Assembly: GCA_963837345.1 (NCBI GenBank)
Contig: CAWIMX010000001.1
Location: 58,981-122,980 of the forward strand
DNA: 64,000 nucleotides
From: an uncultured Acidobacteriota bacterium
GTDB taxonomy: Bacteria; Acidobacteriota; Vicinamibacteria; Vicinamibacterales; CAVVIG01
Direction: 5' to 3'
A program made the position numbers and the translations under genes. Every line of letters starts with the position of its first letter. Position 1 is the stretch's first letter. Of the stretch, positions 31,774 through 43,867 are shown one piece after another. Under the pieces are notes generated by a model. The model did not search any database. It saw only the letters and a program-made list of their open reading frames with translations, and was not told the origin of the DNA.

Positions 31774-34714
31774 ATGAGACGGAATCGAATCGCGGCGGCG
31801 GTAGTTGCCGCCCTCACCGCCCTCGTCGTGCTGCCCAGCGTGGCTCACGCTCAGAGTGCGATTGCCGGAGTGGTCAGGGACACGTCGGGCGGCGTGCTGC
31901 CCGGCGTCACCGTCGAAGCGTCGAGCGACGTGCTGATTGAAAAGGTCCGGTCGGTCGTCTCCGACGGCCAGGGCCAGTACAAGATCGTCGACCTGCGCCC
32001 CGGCACCTACGTCGTCACCTTTACCCTGCCCGGCTTCCAGACCTTCCGGCGCGAGAACGTGCAGCTGCCGGCCAATTTCACGTCGACCATCAACGCCGAG
32101 ATGCGCGTCGGCGCGCTCGAAGAGTCTGTCACGGTCTCGGCCCAGTCGCCGATCGTCGACGTCCAGAGCGCCGTGCACACCTCGACGCTCGATCGCGAAG
32201 CCCTCGACAACATTCCGACCGGCAAGACGATTCAGGGCCTGGGCCAGCTGGTGGTCGGGGTCAACCTGAACCTGCCCGATACGGGCGGCGCCCGCGGCGC
32301 GCAGCAGACCTATATGTCCACACACGGCATGAACGCCTCGCAGACCACCGTGATGGTGGACGGCCTTACCGTGAACGGCCTGCAGGCCGACGGCGCGGTG
32401 CAGATGTACATCAACACGGAAATGAGCCAGGAGGTCAGCTACCAGACCTCGGGCATCAGCGCCGAGAATTCCGCGGGCGGCGTCAAGCTGAACATGATTC
32501 CGCGCGAGGGCGGCAACACCTTCAGCGGCTCCCTCAACGCGAGCTACCGGCCCGGCGACTGGCAGTCGGACAACGTCACCCAGCGGCTCATCGACCGCGG
32601 GCTGGCGGCGGGCGGGGGCAATGCGACCGACAAGATCGCCGAATACACGGTCGGTCAGGGTGGACCGATCATGAAGGACAAGCTGTGGTTCTTCCTGTCG
32701 GGCCGCTACTTCCGCGTGAACAACTTCATCGCCAACACCTTCTTCGACGATGGCAGCCAGGGGATCGACGATCAGCTGATCAAGAGCGCGCTCCTGCGTC
32801 TGACCTGGCAGGCCACGCCGAAGAACAAGCTGTCGGCCTACTTCGACGAAGTCGACAAGTACCGCGGCCACGACATGCAGAGCCTCTACGACCCGGAAGA
32901 AACCGGCATTCAGTGGTTCTCGCCGGCGTATCACACGGACTCGGCGAAGTGGACGTCGACGGCAACCAGCAAGCTGCTCCTCGAGGCCGGGTTCTCGAAC
33001 AACAGCGAAGACTACACCAACAGCTATCAGGACGGCATCGACAAGCCCTACGGCTCAGCGGAATGGTACGGCACGGCGGCGCACTACGAGACGCAGCTCG
33101 GCGGGTCGAACACGGCCGGCCGGCGCAACACGCAGCAACTGCCGGTGCGCAAGAACGTCCAGGCCTCGGCCTCGTACGTGACCGGATCGCACAACGTCAA
33201 GACCGGCGTCCAGTATCAGTGGGGCAAGTTCGACCACACGTATCACATGAACGCCGACCTGTATCAGTACTACCGAAGCGCGAGCACGGGGGTTCCCTTC
33301 TCCGTGCCGGCGCAGGTGGCCGTGCACAATACGCCGCTGGCGATCTATGGCGAGAAGCTGAACGCCGATGTCGGCATCTACGCCCAGGACGCGTGGACGC
33401 TGAAGCGGCTCACGCTCAACTACGGCCTCCGCTGGGAGCATGTGAACGCGCAGGTGACCGCCGCGTCGTCGCCGGCGGGCCGCTTCGCCCCGGCGCGCAA
33501 CTTCGACGAGATCCTCAACGTGCCGAACTGGAGCAACTTCGCCCCGCGGTTTGCCGCGGTCTACGACGTGTTCGGCGACGCGCGAACGGCGATCAAGTAC
33601 TCCCTCAATCGCTACAACGCGTCGGTGACAACCGGGATCGCCGACAACTACACGCCGCTCGCCATCGCCAGCAAGACGCTCACCTGGAGCGACCTGAACG
33701 GCGACGACATCGCCCAGGGCGAGCTCGGGTGCGTGTACAAGACGCCGGGCTGCGAGATCAACTTCGCCTCTCTCCCGAGCAACTTCGGCGAGCGCGCCCT
33801 CAACGAGTACGGCGCCTATCCGCGCACATGGAACCTCGAGTCGGGCCTGGAAATCCAGCACGAGTTCATCCCGCAGCTGTCGGCCACCGTCAGCTGGTTC
33901 CACGGCAACTTCCACAACCTCACGACGACGATCAACCGCACGCTGCAGTACCGATGGGAACCCGGCGGACAATCCGAACTACGCGCCGTTCACCGTGTAC
34001 AACCCGCTCACCGGCGAAGCGATCACGGCCTACGGCCTGAACGCCGACGTCGCCGGCGCGCCCGAGGACAACCTCGACACGGTCGATCCCAACCGCGATC
34101 AGATCTACAACTCGTACAACTTCGAGTTCCGCCTGCGGCCGGGCGGCGGCGCCCAGATCTTCGGCGGCCTCGCCGTGGAGCGGCAGCTCGACGTGAACTG
34201 CACCGCGCCCGACGACCCCAACGACCTGCGCTTCTGCAACGACCAGCAGAACGACATCCCGTATCACCAGAACTTCAAGCTGGCCGGGTCCTACCCGCTG
34301 CCCTACGGCGTCACGGTGAGCGCCGCGCTCCAGAGCAACGAGAGTCCCAACAGCCGGCGGGTGATGACGTTCACCGGCACGACGAAGTATCCCGCGACGT
34401 GTCCGGCGCCGTGCCCGGCAAACACGACGATCGTACCGGCCGGCGTGATGGGCCAGTCGTCGCTCACGATTCCGCTCGAGCCCGAGGCGGCCACGCGCGT
34501 GGAGCGAATCACGCAGCTCGATCTCAAGTTCGCCAAGACCTTCCGGGTGCAGCGCTTCAGCGTCGCGCCGACCCTGGAGATCTTCAACGTCAACAACTCC
34601 GACGCCATCGTCAGCTACGTCTCGACGAGCGCGCTGTCGGCCACCGGCTTCCTGAGACCCAACTCGATCATGCAAGGTCGCTTGATCGGCGTCGGCGCAC
34701 AGGTGCGCTGGTAG
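31774..34714 (+). CDS. TonB-dependent receptor 1 (Oar-like, carboxypeptidase-regulatory N-domain); +1 frameshift at ~33952
   Basis: Signal peptide AHA-Q, G.V.D.SGGVLPGVTV, plug, QDAWT..RLTLNYGLRW, PRF..VYD.FG, terminal W. The two ORF halves join on removing one C (2941 nt = 3n+1). Confidence 0.88.
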
Positions 34715-34728
34715 TTCCTTCGCTCGAG

Positions 34729-34763
34729 AGCGGCGGATCCATCGGGATCCGCCGCTTCCTTTT
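34729..34763 (+). terminator. Intrinsic terminator after receptor 1
   Basis: AGCGGCGGATCC-ATCG-GGATCCGCCGCT-TCCTTTT. Confidence 0.8.
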
Positions 34764-34864
34764 CGGTCCAACGCACAACTCGCATCGTTCGCCGCCTCGC
34801 TGGGGGCCCGTCGCTTGGTCGTTCCTTGAAGAGGATGGCCGCGGCTTCGGACTACAATCCCGGT

Positions 34865-36961
34865 ATGGCGTCACGGGTACGCAAGACGTCTCCACCTGCC
34901 CCGGCGAAAGGAAGCTCGGGCGCGGCAGCGGGGCTCTGCCTGATAGCGGCGGTTGCGTACTCCAACTCCTTCCAGGCCGGCTTCGTCCTCGACAGCCGCG
35001 CGCTCATTCTCGACGATGCGCGCGTTCACGCCGCGACCACGGCGAACGTCGGCCAGATCTTCACGCACTCCTACTGGTGGCCGCTGTTCGAAACGGCGCT
35101 CTATCGTCCCGTCACGACGCTGTCGTATCTGTTCAATTACGCGATTCTCGGTAACGCGGATCGTCCAGCGGGATATCACGCGATCAACCTCGCCCTGCAT
35201 CTCGCGAACGTGCTGCTCGTGTACGCGCTGATGCTCCGGATCATGGCGCACGCATCGACACTTCCCGGGACGGCCGCCAGGAGCCGGATAACGAACTGGT
35301 ATCCAATGGCAGCACCCTTCTTCGTGGCTGCCATCTGGGCAGTGCACCCCGTGTCCACCGAGGCCGTGACCAACATCATCGGACGCGCCGATCTTCTGGC
35401 CGCCCTGGGCGTGCTCGCGGCTCTGTACGCCTACATTCGGATGGGCGAGGCCGCTCCGGGCGAGCGGACGTCCTGGGTGCTTGCCGTGATGGCGGCCACG
35501 ACCGTGGGGCTGCTCTCCAAAGAGAACGCCGCGGCCGTCGTGCCCGTCGCCATGGTGTACGACATGGTGTTCCGCCGCCCGAGTGAATCGATGGCAGCGC
35601 TGGGGCGACGATGGCTCGTATTCGTGCTCCCGCTTCTGCTTTTCTGGATGCTTCGGTCGAAGGCTTTGACCGCGACGGCATTGCCTATTCCGTTCGTCGA
35701 CAATCCGATTGTCGGTGCCGGATTCGTTCGCGGGCGGTTGACGGCCCTGGCGGTCATCGCCCGGTATGCCGCGTTGATCATCTGGCCCGCACGCCTCTCT
35801 CCTGACTACTCGTACAATCAGATACCGCTCGCCTCGGGCTCGCCGGGCGACTGGATCGCCTGGTGCGCCCTCGCGCTCCTGCTCCTCGCGGCCGCCGTCG
35901 CCTGGCGCCAGCGCCACCGTCTCGCGTTCTTCGCCCTGGTATTCTTCTTTGTGACGCTGCTGCCTGTCGCGAATCTCCTCTTTCCGACGGGCACGATCAT
36001 GGGCGAGCGGCTGATGTATCTCCCCTCGATCGGCCTGATCGCGGCGCTCGTCATGCTCGTCGCGTCGATCGCCGGGCGATTCCGAACTCCGGTCTTGGCG
36101 GTGTCGATGCTCGGCGCCGCGATTGTCGTCCTCGGCGCACGGACGTGGCTGCGCAACCCGGACTGGAACACCGAGGTGACCCTCTGGTCGTCGGCGGTTC
36201 AGGCGGCACCGCGCTCCTTCAAGACGCATGGGGCCCTCGCCGAGGCGTTGTACGAGGCCGACCCCTCCCATGCGAATCTCGATCGGGTCATCGCCGAGAA
36301 AGAAAAGAGTCTGGATCTGCTCGAGGGTCTGGACGATCCCGCCGATGTCTCCGGCCCGTATCGCGAGGCGGCCGCCTACTATCTCGAGGCCGGTTCCTAT
36401 GAACGGGCCATTTCGGCGGCACAACGGTTCCTCTCGCTCGCGGCGCCGACCGGCCGTGTGCGGGCCGGCGACGTCAGCAAGACCCACCTGCTCCTCGCGA
36501 CGGCATACGCCCGTCTCGGCGATTCGGACAAGGCCCGGGAAGCCGCGCATGTCGCCTCGGCGGGCGATCCGTTCACCGCGGATGTCTATCGCGTCGGTGC
36601 GGCGGCGCTCGTCGACGCGAGCCTTCCCGACGATGCAGCGACGACGCTGATGACGGGATTCATCGTCACCGGCAACCAGGAACTGCGGTCGGCGTTGATC
36701 AATCTCTATCGCGGCGGCCTCGACCCCGCCGGATGCGCCCTGAAGAACGGGCCCGCCGGTATCGTCCTGGATCCGTCGTGCGCGATCGTCCGCCGGCACC
36801 TCTGTGATGGCGCCGCGGCGGCAGTCCGGCTGCAGAGGGCCAATGGCCGCGGCGATTTGGCCGAGCAGGTGGAACAGTCGACGCTGCGACCGCTCGATTG
36901 TCCGGGCCGGGCGGAACCGCCATCCCCGGCGACCTCTCCCGCCCATGCCGGCGCCCGCTGA
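34865..36961 (+). CDS. TMTC-like (GT-C fold, DUF1736-type) membrane glycosyltransferase with degenerate TPR tail
   Basis: Y.NS....F..D, YRPVT.LS, YH..N..LH..N, HPV..EAV..I.GRA, LLSKE, DNP, LSPDY, ERLMYLPS, RN.DW....LW. Confidence 0.8.
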   Translation: MASRVRKTSPPAPAKGSSGAAAGLCLIAAVAYSNSFQAGFVLDSRALILDDARVHAATTANVGQIFTHSYWWPLFETALYRPVTTLSYLFNYAILGNADRPAGYHAINLALHLANVLLVYALMLRIMAHASTLPGTAARSRITNWYPMAAPFFVAAIWAVHPVSTEAVTNIIGRADLLAALGVLAALYAYIRMGEAAPGERTSWVLAVMAATTVGLLSKENAAAVVPVAMVYDMVFRRPSESMAALGRRWLVFVLPLLLFWMLRSKALTATALPIPFVDNPIVGAGFVRGRLTALAVIARYAALIIWPARLSPDYSYNQIPLASGSPGDWIAWCALALLLLAAAVAWRQRHRLAFFALVFFFVTLLPVANLLFPTGTIMGERLMYLPSIGLIAALVMLVASIAGRFRTPVLAVSMLGAAIVVLGARTWLRNPDWNTEVTLWSSAVQAAPRSFKTHGALAEALYEADPSHANLDRVIAEKEKSLDLLEGLDDPADVSGPYREAAAYYLEAGSYERAISAAQRFLSLAAPTGRVRAGDVSKTHLLLATAYARLGDSDKAREAAHVASAGDPFTADVYRVGAAALVDASLPDDAATTLMTGFIVTGNQELRSALINLYRGGLDPAGCALKNGPAGIVLDPSCAIVRRHLCDGAAAAVRLQRANGRGDLAEQVEQSTLRPLDCPGRAEPPSPATSPAHAGAR

Positions 36962-37207
36962 CCATTTGCTTACCGTCGACAGGCCTGATGATTACGATTT
37001 CATAATCGCTTTCTTCGATGTTTCGCCCCCATTGAGCAACGAAGAATCCGCGCTGGCGAATTCACCGGATGACGCCGTCTGGTTCGTTGAATGCCTGTGA
37101 CGTCGGCCGACAAAGGCCCGACGATTCGATTGATCGGACGCGCGGCGACCACTACTTTCAAAGCCTCGAAGAGCTCGTTCGCGAGCTCGCAAGGAGGCAG
37201 AAAAGGT

Positions 37208-40160
37208 ATGAGGAGAAGTGGAATCGTCGCGGCGATGTTCGTCGCGCTGGGGTGCCTGGCGTTCATGCCGGCGACCGCGCACGCGCAGAGCGCCATCGCG
37301 GGCATCGTGAAAGACTCATCGGGCGGCGTGCTGCCCGGCGTCACCGTCGAGGCGTCGAGCGACGTCCTCATTGAAAAGGTTCGCTCCGTCATCACGGACG
37401 GCTCGGGTCAATACAAGATCGTCGACCTGCGGCCGGGCACCTACGTCGTCACCTTCACGCTCCCCGGCTTCCAGACGTTCCGCCGCGAGAACGTGGAACT
37501 GCCGACCAACTTCACCTCGACCATCAATGCCGAGATGCGCGTCGGCGCCCTCGAGGAATCCGTCACCGTGTCGGCCCAGTCGCCGATCGTCGACGTCCAG
37601 AGCGCCGTCCATACGCAGGTCCTCAACCGGGAGGCCCTCGACAGCATTCCGACCGGCAAGACCATTCAGGGCCTCGGCCAGCTCATCGTCGGCGTCAACC
37701 TGAACCTGCCCGACACCGGCGGCGCCCGCGGCGCCCAGCAGACCTACATGTCCACCCACGGCATGTCGGCCGCCAACACCACGGTGATGGTCGACGGCAT
37801 GACCATCAACGGCCTCCAGTCGGACGGCGCCGTGCAGACCTACGTCAACACCGAGATGAACCAGGAGGTCAGCTACCAGACCTCGGGCATCAGCGCCGAG
37901 AACTCCTCGGGCGGCGTGCGCCTGAACATGATTCCGCGCGAGGGCGGCAACACCTTCAGCGGCTCGTTCAACGCCAGCTACCGCCCCGGCGACTGGCAGG
38001 CCGACAACGTCAGCCAGCGGCTCATCGACGCGGGCCTCACGGCCGGCGCCGGCAATGCGACCGACAAGATCGAAGAATACACGTTCGGTCAGGGCGGCCC
38101 GATCATGAAGGACAAGCTCTGGTTCTTCACGTCCGCCCGCTACTTCCGCGTGAACAACTTCATCGCCGATACCTTCTTCAACGACGGCAGTCAGGGCATC
38201 GACGACCAGCTGCTGAAGAGCGCGATGGGCCGGGTGACGTGGCAGCCGACGCCGAAGAACAAGCTGTCGGCGTACTTCGACGAAATCGACAAGTACCGCG
38301 GGCACGACATGCAGAGCAAGTACCGACCCCGAGCAGTCGGCGATCCAGTGGTTCTCGCCCGCGTATCACACGCAGCAGACCAAGTGGACGTCGACCGTGA
38401 CGAGCAAGCTCCTGCTCGAGGGCGGCTTCTCGAACAACACCGAGAACTACACCAACCAGTATCAGGACGGCATCGAGCAGCCCTACGGCACCCCGGCCTG
38501 GTACGGCAACGCTGCGCACTTCGAGCTGGATCTGGGCGGCGCCAACACCGCCGGGCCGCGGCAGAATACGCAGAGCCCGGTGCGGTACAACGTGCAGGGT
38601 TCGGCCTCGTACGTGACCGGGTCGCACAACATCAAGGCGGGGGTCCAGTACCAGTGGGGCCAATTCACCCACTCCTACTGGCTGAACGGCGATCTGTATC
38701 AGTACGACAAGAGCGCCACCTCGGGCGTGCCCTTCTCGCAGCCCGCGCAGGTGGCCGTCATGAACACCCCGGTCTACTACGGCGAAGCGCTCAACCACGA
38801 CCTCGGCTTCTACGCGCAGGACGCGTGGACGCTGAAGCGGTTGACGATCAACGCCGGGCTGCGCTATGAGCTCCTGAACTCGCAGGTCCTGGAAGGCAAC
38901 TCGCCGGCCGGCCGCTTCATCGGGGTGCGGCACTTCGACGCGGTGACCAACCTGCCCGACTGGAACGACTGGGCCCCGCGCTTCGCGGCTGTCTACGACC
39001 TGTTCGGCAACGCCAAGACGGCGATCAAGTACTCGCTCAATCGCTACAACCGCGCCCAGACCACCGGCATCGCCAGCGCCTACAACCCGCTGGCGGTCAC
39101 CAGCAGCACGCTCACCTGGAACGACAAGAACCACGACGACATCGCCCAGGGCGCCCGCGGCTGCGACTTCGTCAACGACGCCGGCTGCGAGATCAACTTC
39201 GCGACGCTCTCCAGCAACTTCGGCTCGCGGTCGCTGAACACCTACGGCGAGTACCCGCGCGTCTGGAACCTGGAGTCCGGCCTCGAGGTCCAGCACGAAG
39301 TCATCCCGCAGCTGTCGGTCACCGTCAGCTGGTTCCACGGGAACTTCCACAACCTCACGACCACGATCAACCGCGCGCTCCAGTACGACGGCGACCCGGC
39401 GCAGAACCCGCACTACACGCCGTTCACCGTTTACAACCCGACGACGGGCGAGGCGATCACCGCCTACGGGTTGAACGCCGACTCGGTGGCCTCCAAGCTG
39501 CCGACCGACAACCTGGATACGTTCGATCCCAACCGGAAGGACATCTACAACTCGTATAACGTCGAGTTCCGGCTGCGGCCGGGCCACGGCTCGCAGATCT
39601 TCGGCGGCATCGCGTTCGAGCGCGAGCTGAACGTGAACTGCACCGCCCCGGACAACCCGAACACGCTGCGCTTCTGCGACGACCGGCAGAACGACATCCA
39701 GTATTCGCAGAACCTGAAGCTGGCCGGCTCCTATCCGCTGCCCTACGGCATCACCGTCAGCGGCGCCCTCCAGAGCAATGAGAGCCCGGCGAGCACCCGC
39801 GTCATGACGTTCACCGCCGCGACGAAGTACCCCGCCACCTGTCCATCGCCGTGCCCGGCGGGCACCACCATCGTCCCCACCGGCGTGATGGGCCAGTCGT
39901 CCTTGACGATCGACCTGCAACCGGCGGCCAACACGCGCGTCGAGCGGATCAACCAGCTCGACCTGAAGTTCGCGAAGAACGTCCGGATCCAGCGCTACAC
40001 GGTGGCGCCGACCCTGGAAGTCTTCAACATCTTCAACGCCGACACCGTCGTCAGCTACTCCACCGGCGGCACCAACGTCCTGGGCGGCGCCGGCTACCTG
40101 CGGCCGAACTCGATCGTGCAGGGCCGCCTCATCGGCATCGGCGCCCAGGTGCGCTGGTAG
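37208..40160 (+). CDS. TonB-dependent receptor 2; +1 frameshift at ~38324
   Basis: Paralog of receptor 1; AAGTAC-C-GACC versus AAGTACGACC in receptor 3; 2953 nt = 3n+1. Confidence 0.88.
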
Positions 40161-40173
40161 GCTCTCGTGTCTC

Positions 40174-40205
40174 ACCGGGAGCGGATCCTCGGATCCGCTC
40201 CCGGT
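40174..40205 (+). terminator. Hairpin after receptor 2
   Basis: ACCGGGAGCGGATCC-TC-GGATCCGCTCCCGGT followed by pyrimidines. Confidence 0.75.
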
Positions 40206-40537
40206 TCCCTTCCCGCCGCGCCATCCACCACCAGAACTTATCTTTCCATTATCGATGCGTCGTCATCTGATTATTGTTTCGTTACGCTTGCATTCCGGAT
40301 CGCTCACGACTACGTCGGTAACTATTCAAGTGGACAGAGCGTGTCCAAGTGTCCGAATCTCGTGACGTGACGAGATAAGTATTCGACTACTGCGAGCAGT
40401 CCGGCCTTTGCTCGCACCAGCCGGCCCTGTATTTTCCTGAGGTTCGACACGGGTTCCCTGATTCAGCCATGGTCGCCGACTTACTCGGGGTTTGGTGGAC
40501 GGGAATAACCGGTGTGAATTCCATCAGGAGGAAAGGA

Positions 40538-43490
40538 ATGACACGGAACCGAATCGCGACGGCGGCGCTCGCCGCCCTCGCCGCCCTCGTCGTGCTGCCC
40601 GGCGTGGCACACGCCCAGAGCGCTATTGCCGGCGTCGTCAGAGACACGTCGGGCGGCGTCCTGCCCGGCGTCACCGTCGAGGCATCGAGCGACGTCCTTA
40701 TCGAGAAAGTGCGATCAGTGATCTCCGACGGCCAGGGCCAGTACAAGATCGTCGACCTGCGGCCGGGCACCTACGTCGTCACCTTCACGCTCCCCGGCTT
40801 CCAGACGTTCCGCCGCGAGAACGTCGAGCTGCCGACCAACTTCACCTCGACCATCAATGCCGAGATGCGCGTCGGCGCCCTCGAGGAATCCGTCACCGTG
40901 TCGGCCCAGTCGCCGATCGTCGACGTCCAGAGCGCCGTCCATACGCAGGTCCTCAACCGGGAAGCCCTCGACAGCATTCCGACCGGCAAGACCATTCAGG
41001 GCCTCGGCCAGCTCATCGTCGGCGTCAACCTGAACCTGCCCGACACCGGCGGCGCCCGCGGCGCCCAGCAGACCTACATGTCCACCCACGGCATGTCGGC
41101 CGCCAACACCACGGTGATGGTCGACGGCATGACCATCAACGGGCTCCAGTCGGACGGCGCCGTGCAGACCTACGTCAACACCGAGATGAACCAGGAGGTC
41201 AGCTACCAGACCTCGGGCATCAGCGCCGAGAACTCCTCGGGCGGCGTGCGCCTGAACATGATTCCGCGCGAGGGCGGCAACACCTTCAGCGGCTCGTTCA
41301 ACGCCAGCTACCGCCCCGGCGACTGGCAGGCCGACAACGTCAGCCAGCGGCTCATCGACGCGGGCCTCACGGCCGGCGCCGGCAATGCGACCGACAAGAT
41401 CGAAGAATACACGTTCGGCCAGGGCGGCCCGATCATGAAGGACAAGCTCTGGTTCTTCATGTCCGCCCGCTACTTCCGCGTGAACAACTTCATCGCCGAT
41501 ACCTTCTTCAACGACGGCAGTCAGGGCATCGACGACCAGCTCATCAAGAGTGCCATGGGGCGGATCACCTGGCAGGCCAGTCCCAAGAACAAGCTGTCGG
41601 CGTACTTCGACGAAGTCGACAAGTACCGCGGGCACGACATGCAGAGCAAGTACGACCCCGAGCAGTCGGCGATCCAGTGGTTCTCGCCCGCGTATCACAC
41701 GCAGCAGACCAAGTGGACGTCGACCGTGACGAGCAAGCTCCTGCTCGAGGGCGGCTTCTCGAACAACACCGAGAACTACACCAACCAGTATCAGGACGGC
41801 ATCGAGCAGCCCTACGGCACCCCGGCCTGGTACGGCAACGCTGCGCACTTCGAGCTGGATCTGGGCGGCGCCAACACCGCCGGGCCGCGGCAGAATACGC
41901 AGAGCCCGGTCCGCTACAACGTCCAGGGTTCGGCCTCGTACGTGACCGGGTCGCACAACATCAAGGCGGGGGTCCAGTACCAGTGGGGCCAGTTCACCCA
42001 CTCCTACTGGCTGAACGGCGATCTGTATCAGGTACTACAAGAGCGCCACTTCGGGCGTGCCCTTCTCGCAGCCCGCGCAGGTGGCCGTCATGAACACCCC
42101 GGTCTACTACGGCGAAGCGCTCAACCACGACCTCGGCTTCTACGCGCAGGACGCGTGGACGCTGAAGCGGCTCACGCTGAACTACGGGCTGCGCTATGAG
42201 CTCCTGAATTCGCAGGTCCAGGAAGGCAACTCGCCGGCCGGCCGCTTCATCGGGGTGCGGCACTTCGACGCGGTGACCAACCTGCCCGACTGGAACGACT
42301 GGGCCCCGCGCTTCGCGGCCGTCTACGACCTGTTCGGCAACGCCAAGACGGCGATCAAGTACTCGCTCAATCGCTACAACCGCGCCCAGACCACCGGCAT
42401 CGCCAGCGCCTACAACCCGCTGGCGGTCACCAGCAGCACGCTCACCTGGAACGACAAGAACGGCGACGACATCGCCCAGGGCGCCCGCGGCTGCGACTTC
42501 GCCAACGACGCCGGCTGCGAGATCAACTTCGCGACGCTCTCCAGCAACTTCGGCTCGCGGTCGCTGAACACCTACGGCGAGTACCCGCGCGTCTGGAACC
42601 TGGAGTCCGGCCTCGAGGTCCAGCACGAAGTCATCCCGCAGCTGTCGGTCACCGTCAGCTGGTTCCACGGGAACTTCCACAACCTCACGACCACGATCAA
42701 CCGCGCGCTCCAGTACGACGGCGACCCGGCGCAGAACCCGCACTACACGCCCTTCACCGTCTACAACCCGACGACGGGCGAGGCGATTACCGCCTACGGG
42801 TTGAACGCCGACTCGGTGGCCTCCAAGCTGCCGACCGACAACCTGGATACGTTCGATCCCGACCGCAAGGACATCTACAACTCGTACAACGTCGAGTTCC
42901 GGCTGCGGCCGGGCCACGGCTCGCAGATCTTCGGCGGCATCGCGTTCGAGCGCGAGCTGAACGTGAACTGCACCGCCCCGGACAACCCGAACTCGCTGCG
43001 CTTCTGCGACGACCGGCAGAACGACATTCAGTACTCGCAGAACCTGAAGCTGGCCGGCTCCTATCCGCTGCCCTACGGCGTCACCGTCAGCGGCGCCCTC
43101 CAGAGCAACGAGAGCCCGGCGAGCACCCGCGTGATGACGTTCACCGCCGCGACGAAATACCCCGCCACCTGTCCATCGCCGTGCCCGGCGGGCACGACCA
43201 TCGTGCCGAAGGGCGTGATGGGCCAGTCGTCGCTCACCATCGACCTTCAGCCGAAGGCCAACACGCGCGTCGAGCGGATCAACCAGCTCGACCTGAAGTT
43301 CGCGAAGAACGTCCGGATCCACCGCTACACCGTGGCGCCGACCCTGGAAGTCTTCAACATCTTCAACGCCGACACCGTCGTCAGCTACTCGACCGGCGGC
43401 ACCAACGTCCTGGGCGGCGCCGGCTACCTGCGGCCGAACTCGATCGTGCAGGGCCGCCTCATCGGCATCGGCGCCCAGGTGCGCTGGTAA
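40538..43490 (+). CDS. TonB-dependent receptor 3; +1 frameshift at ~42031
   Basis: Near-identical to receptor 2; CA-G-GTAC versus CAGTAC in receptors 1 and 2; 2953 nt. Confidence 0.88.
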
Positions 43491-43508
43491 GTCTTCCACT
43501 GCTCCAAC

Positions 43509-43536
43509 AGGAGCGGATCCGAGAGGGTCCGCTCCT
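43509..43536 (+). terminator. Hairpin after receptor 3
   Basis: AGGAGCGGATCC-GAGA-GGGTCCGCTCCT followed by pyrimidines. Confidence 0.7.
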
Positions 43537-43867
43537 CCTCTTCCCGCCGACCATTCCCGCCACAACCTTCCTCACCACGGAGACAAGCAGCTAGTTCATT
43601 ACGATATCTTTATGATTTGATGTCGTCTCGCAAACGCTTTCATTGCTAACTATTCAATGTACATGCGCTCGTCCAAGCGCATGAACCGCCGTGACGTATA
43701 GAGATAAACAACTCGATACATTTCGCAACAGTTCCATTGCCTCTCATTCCCTATAGCTTGTATTTTCTTCACGTTCGACTCGGCCTTTCCATTCTGAACA
43801 TTTACAGACGTTTATCCGGCATGCGGTCGGGAAGGAAGCCGACGTGAACTCCACGAGGAGGAAGGGA

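Noticed and set aside
31595-31940. Small ORFs in the AT-rich region upstream of receptor 1
   Set aside because: No RBS, atypical composition, and overlap with the receptor start; better explained as regulatory DNA.
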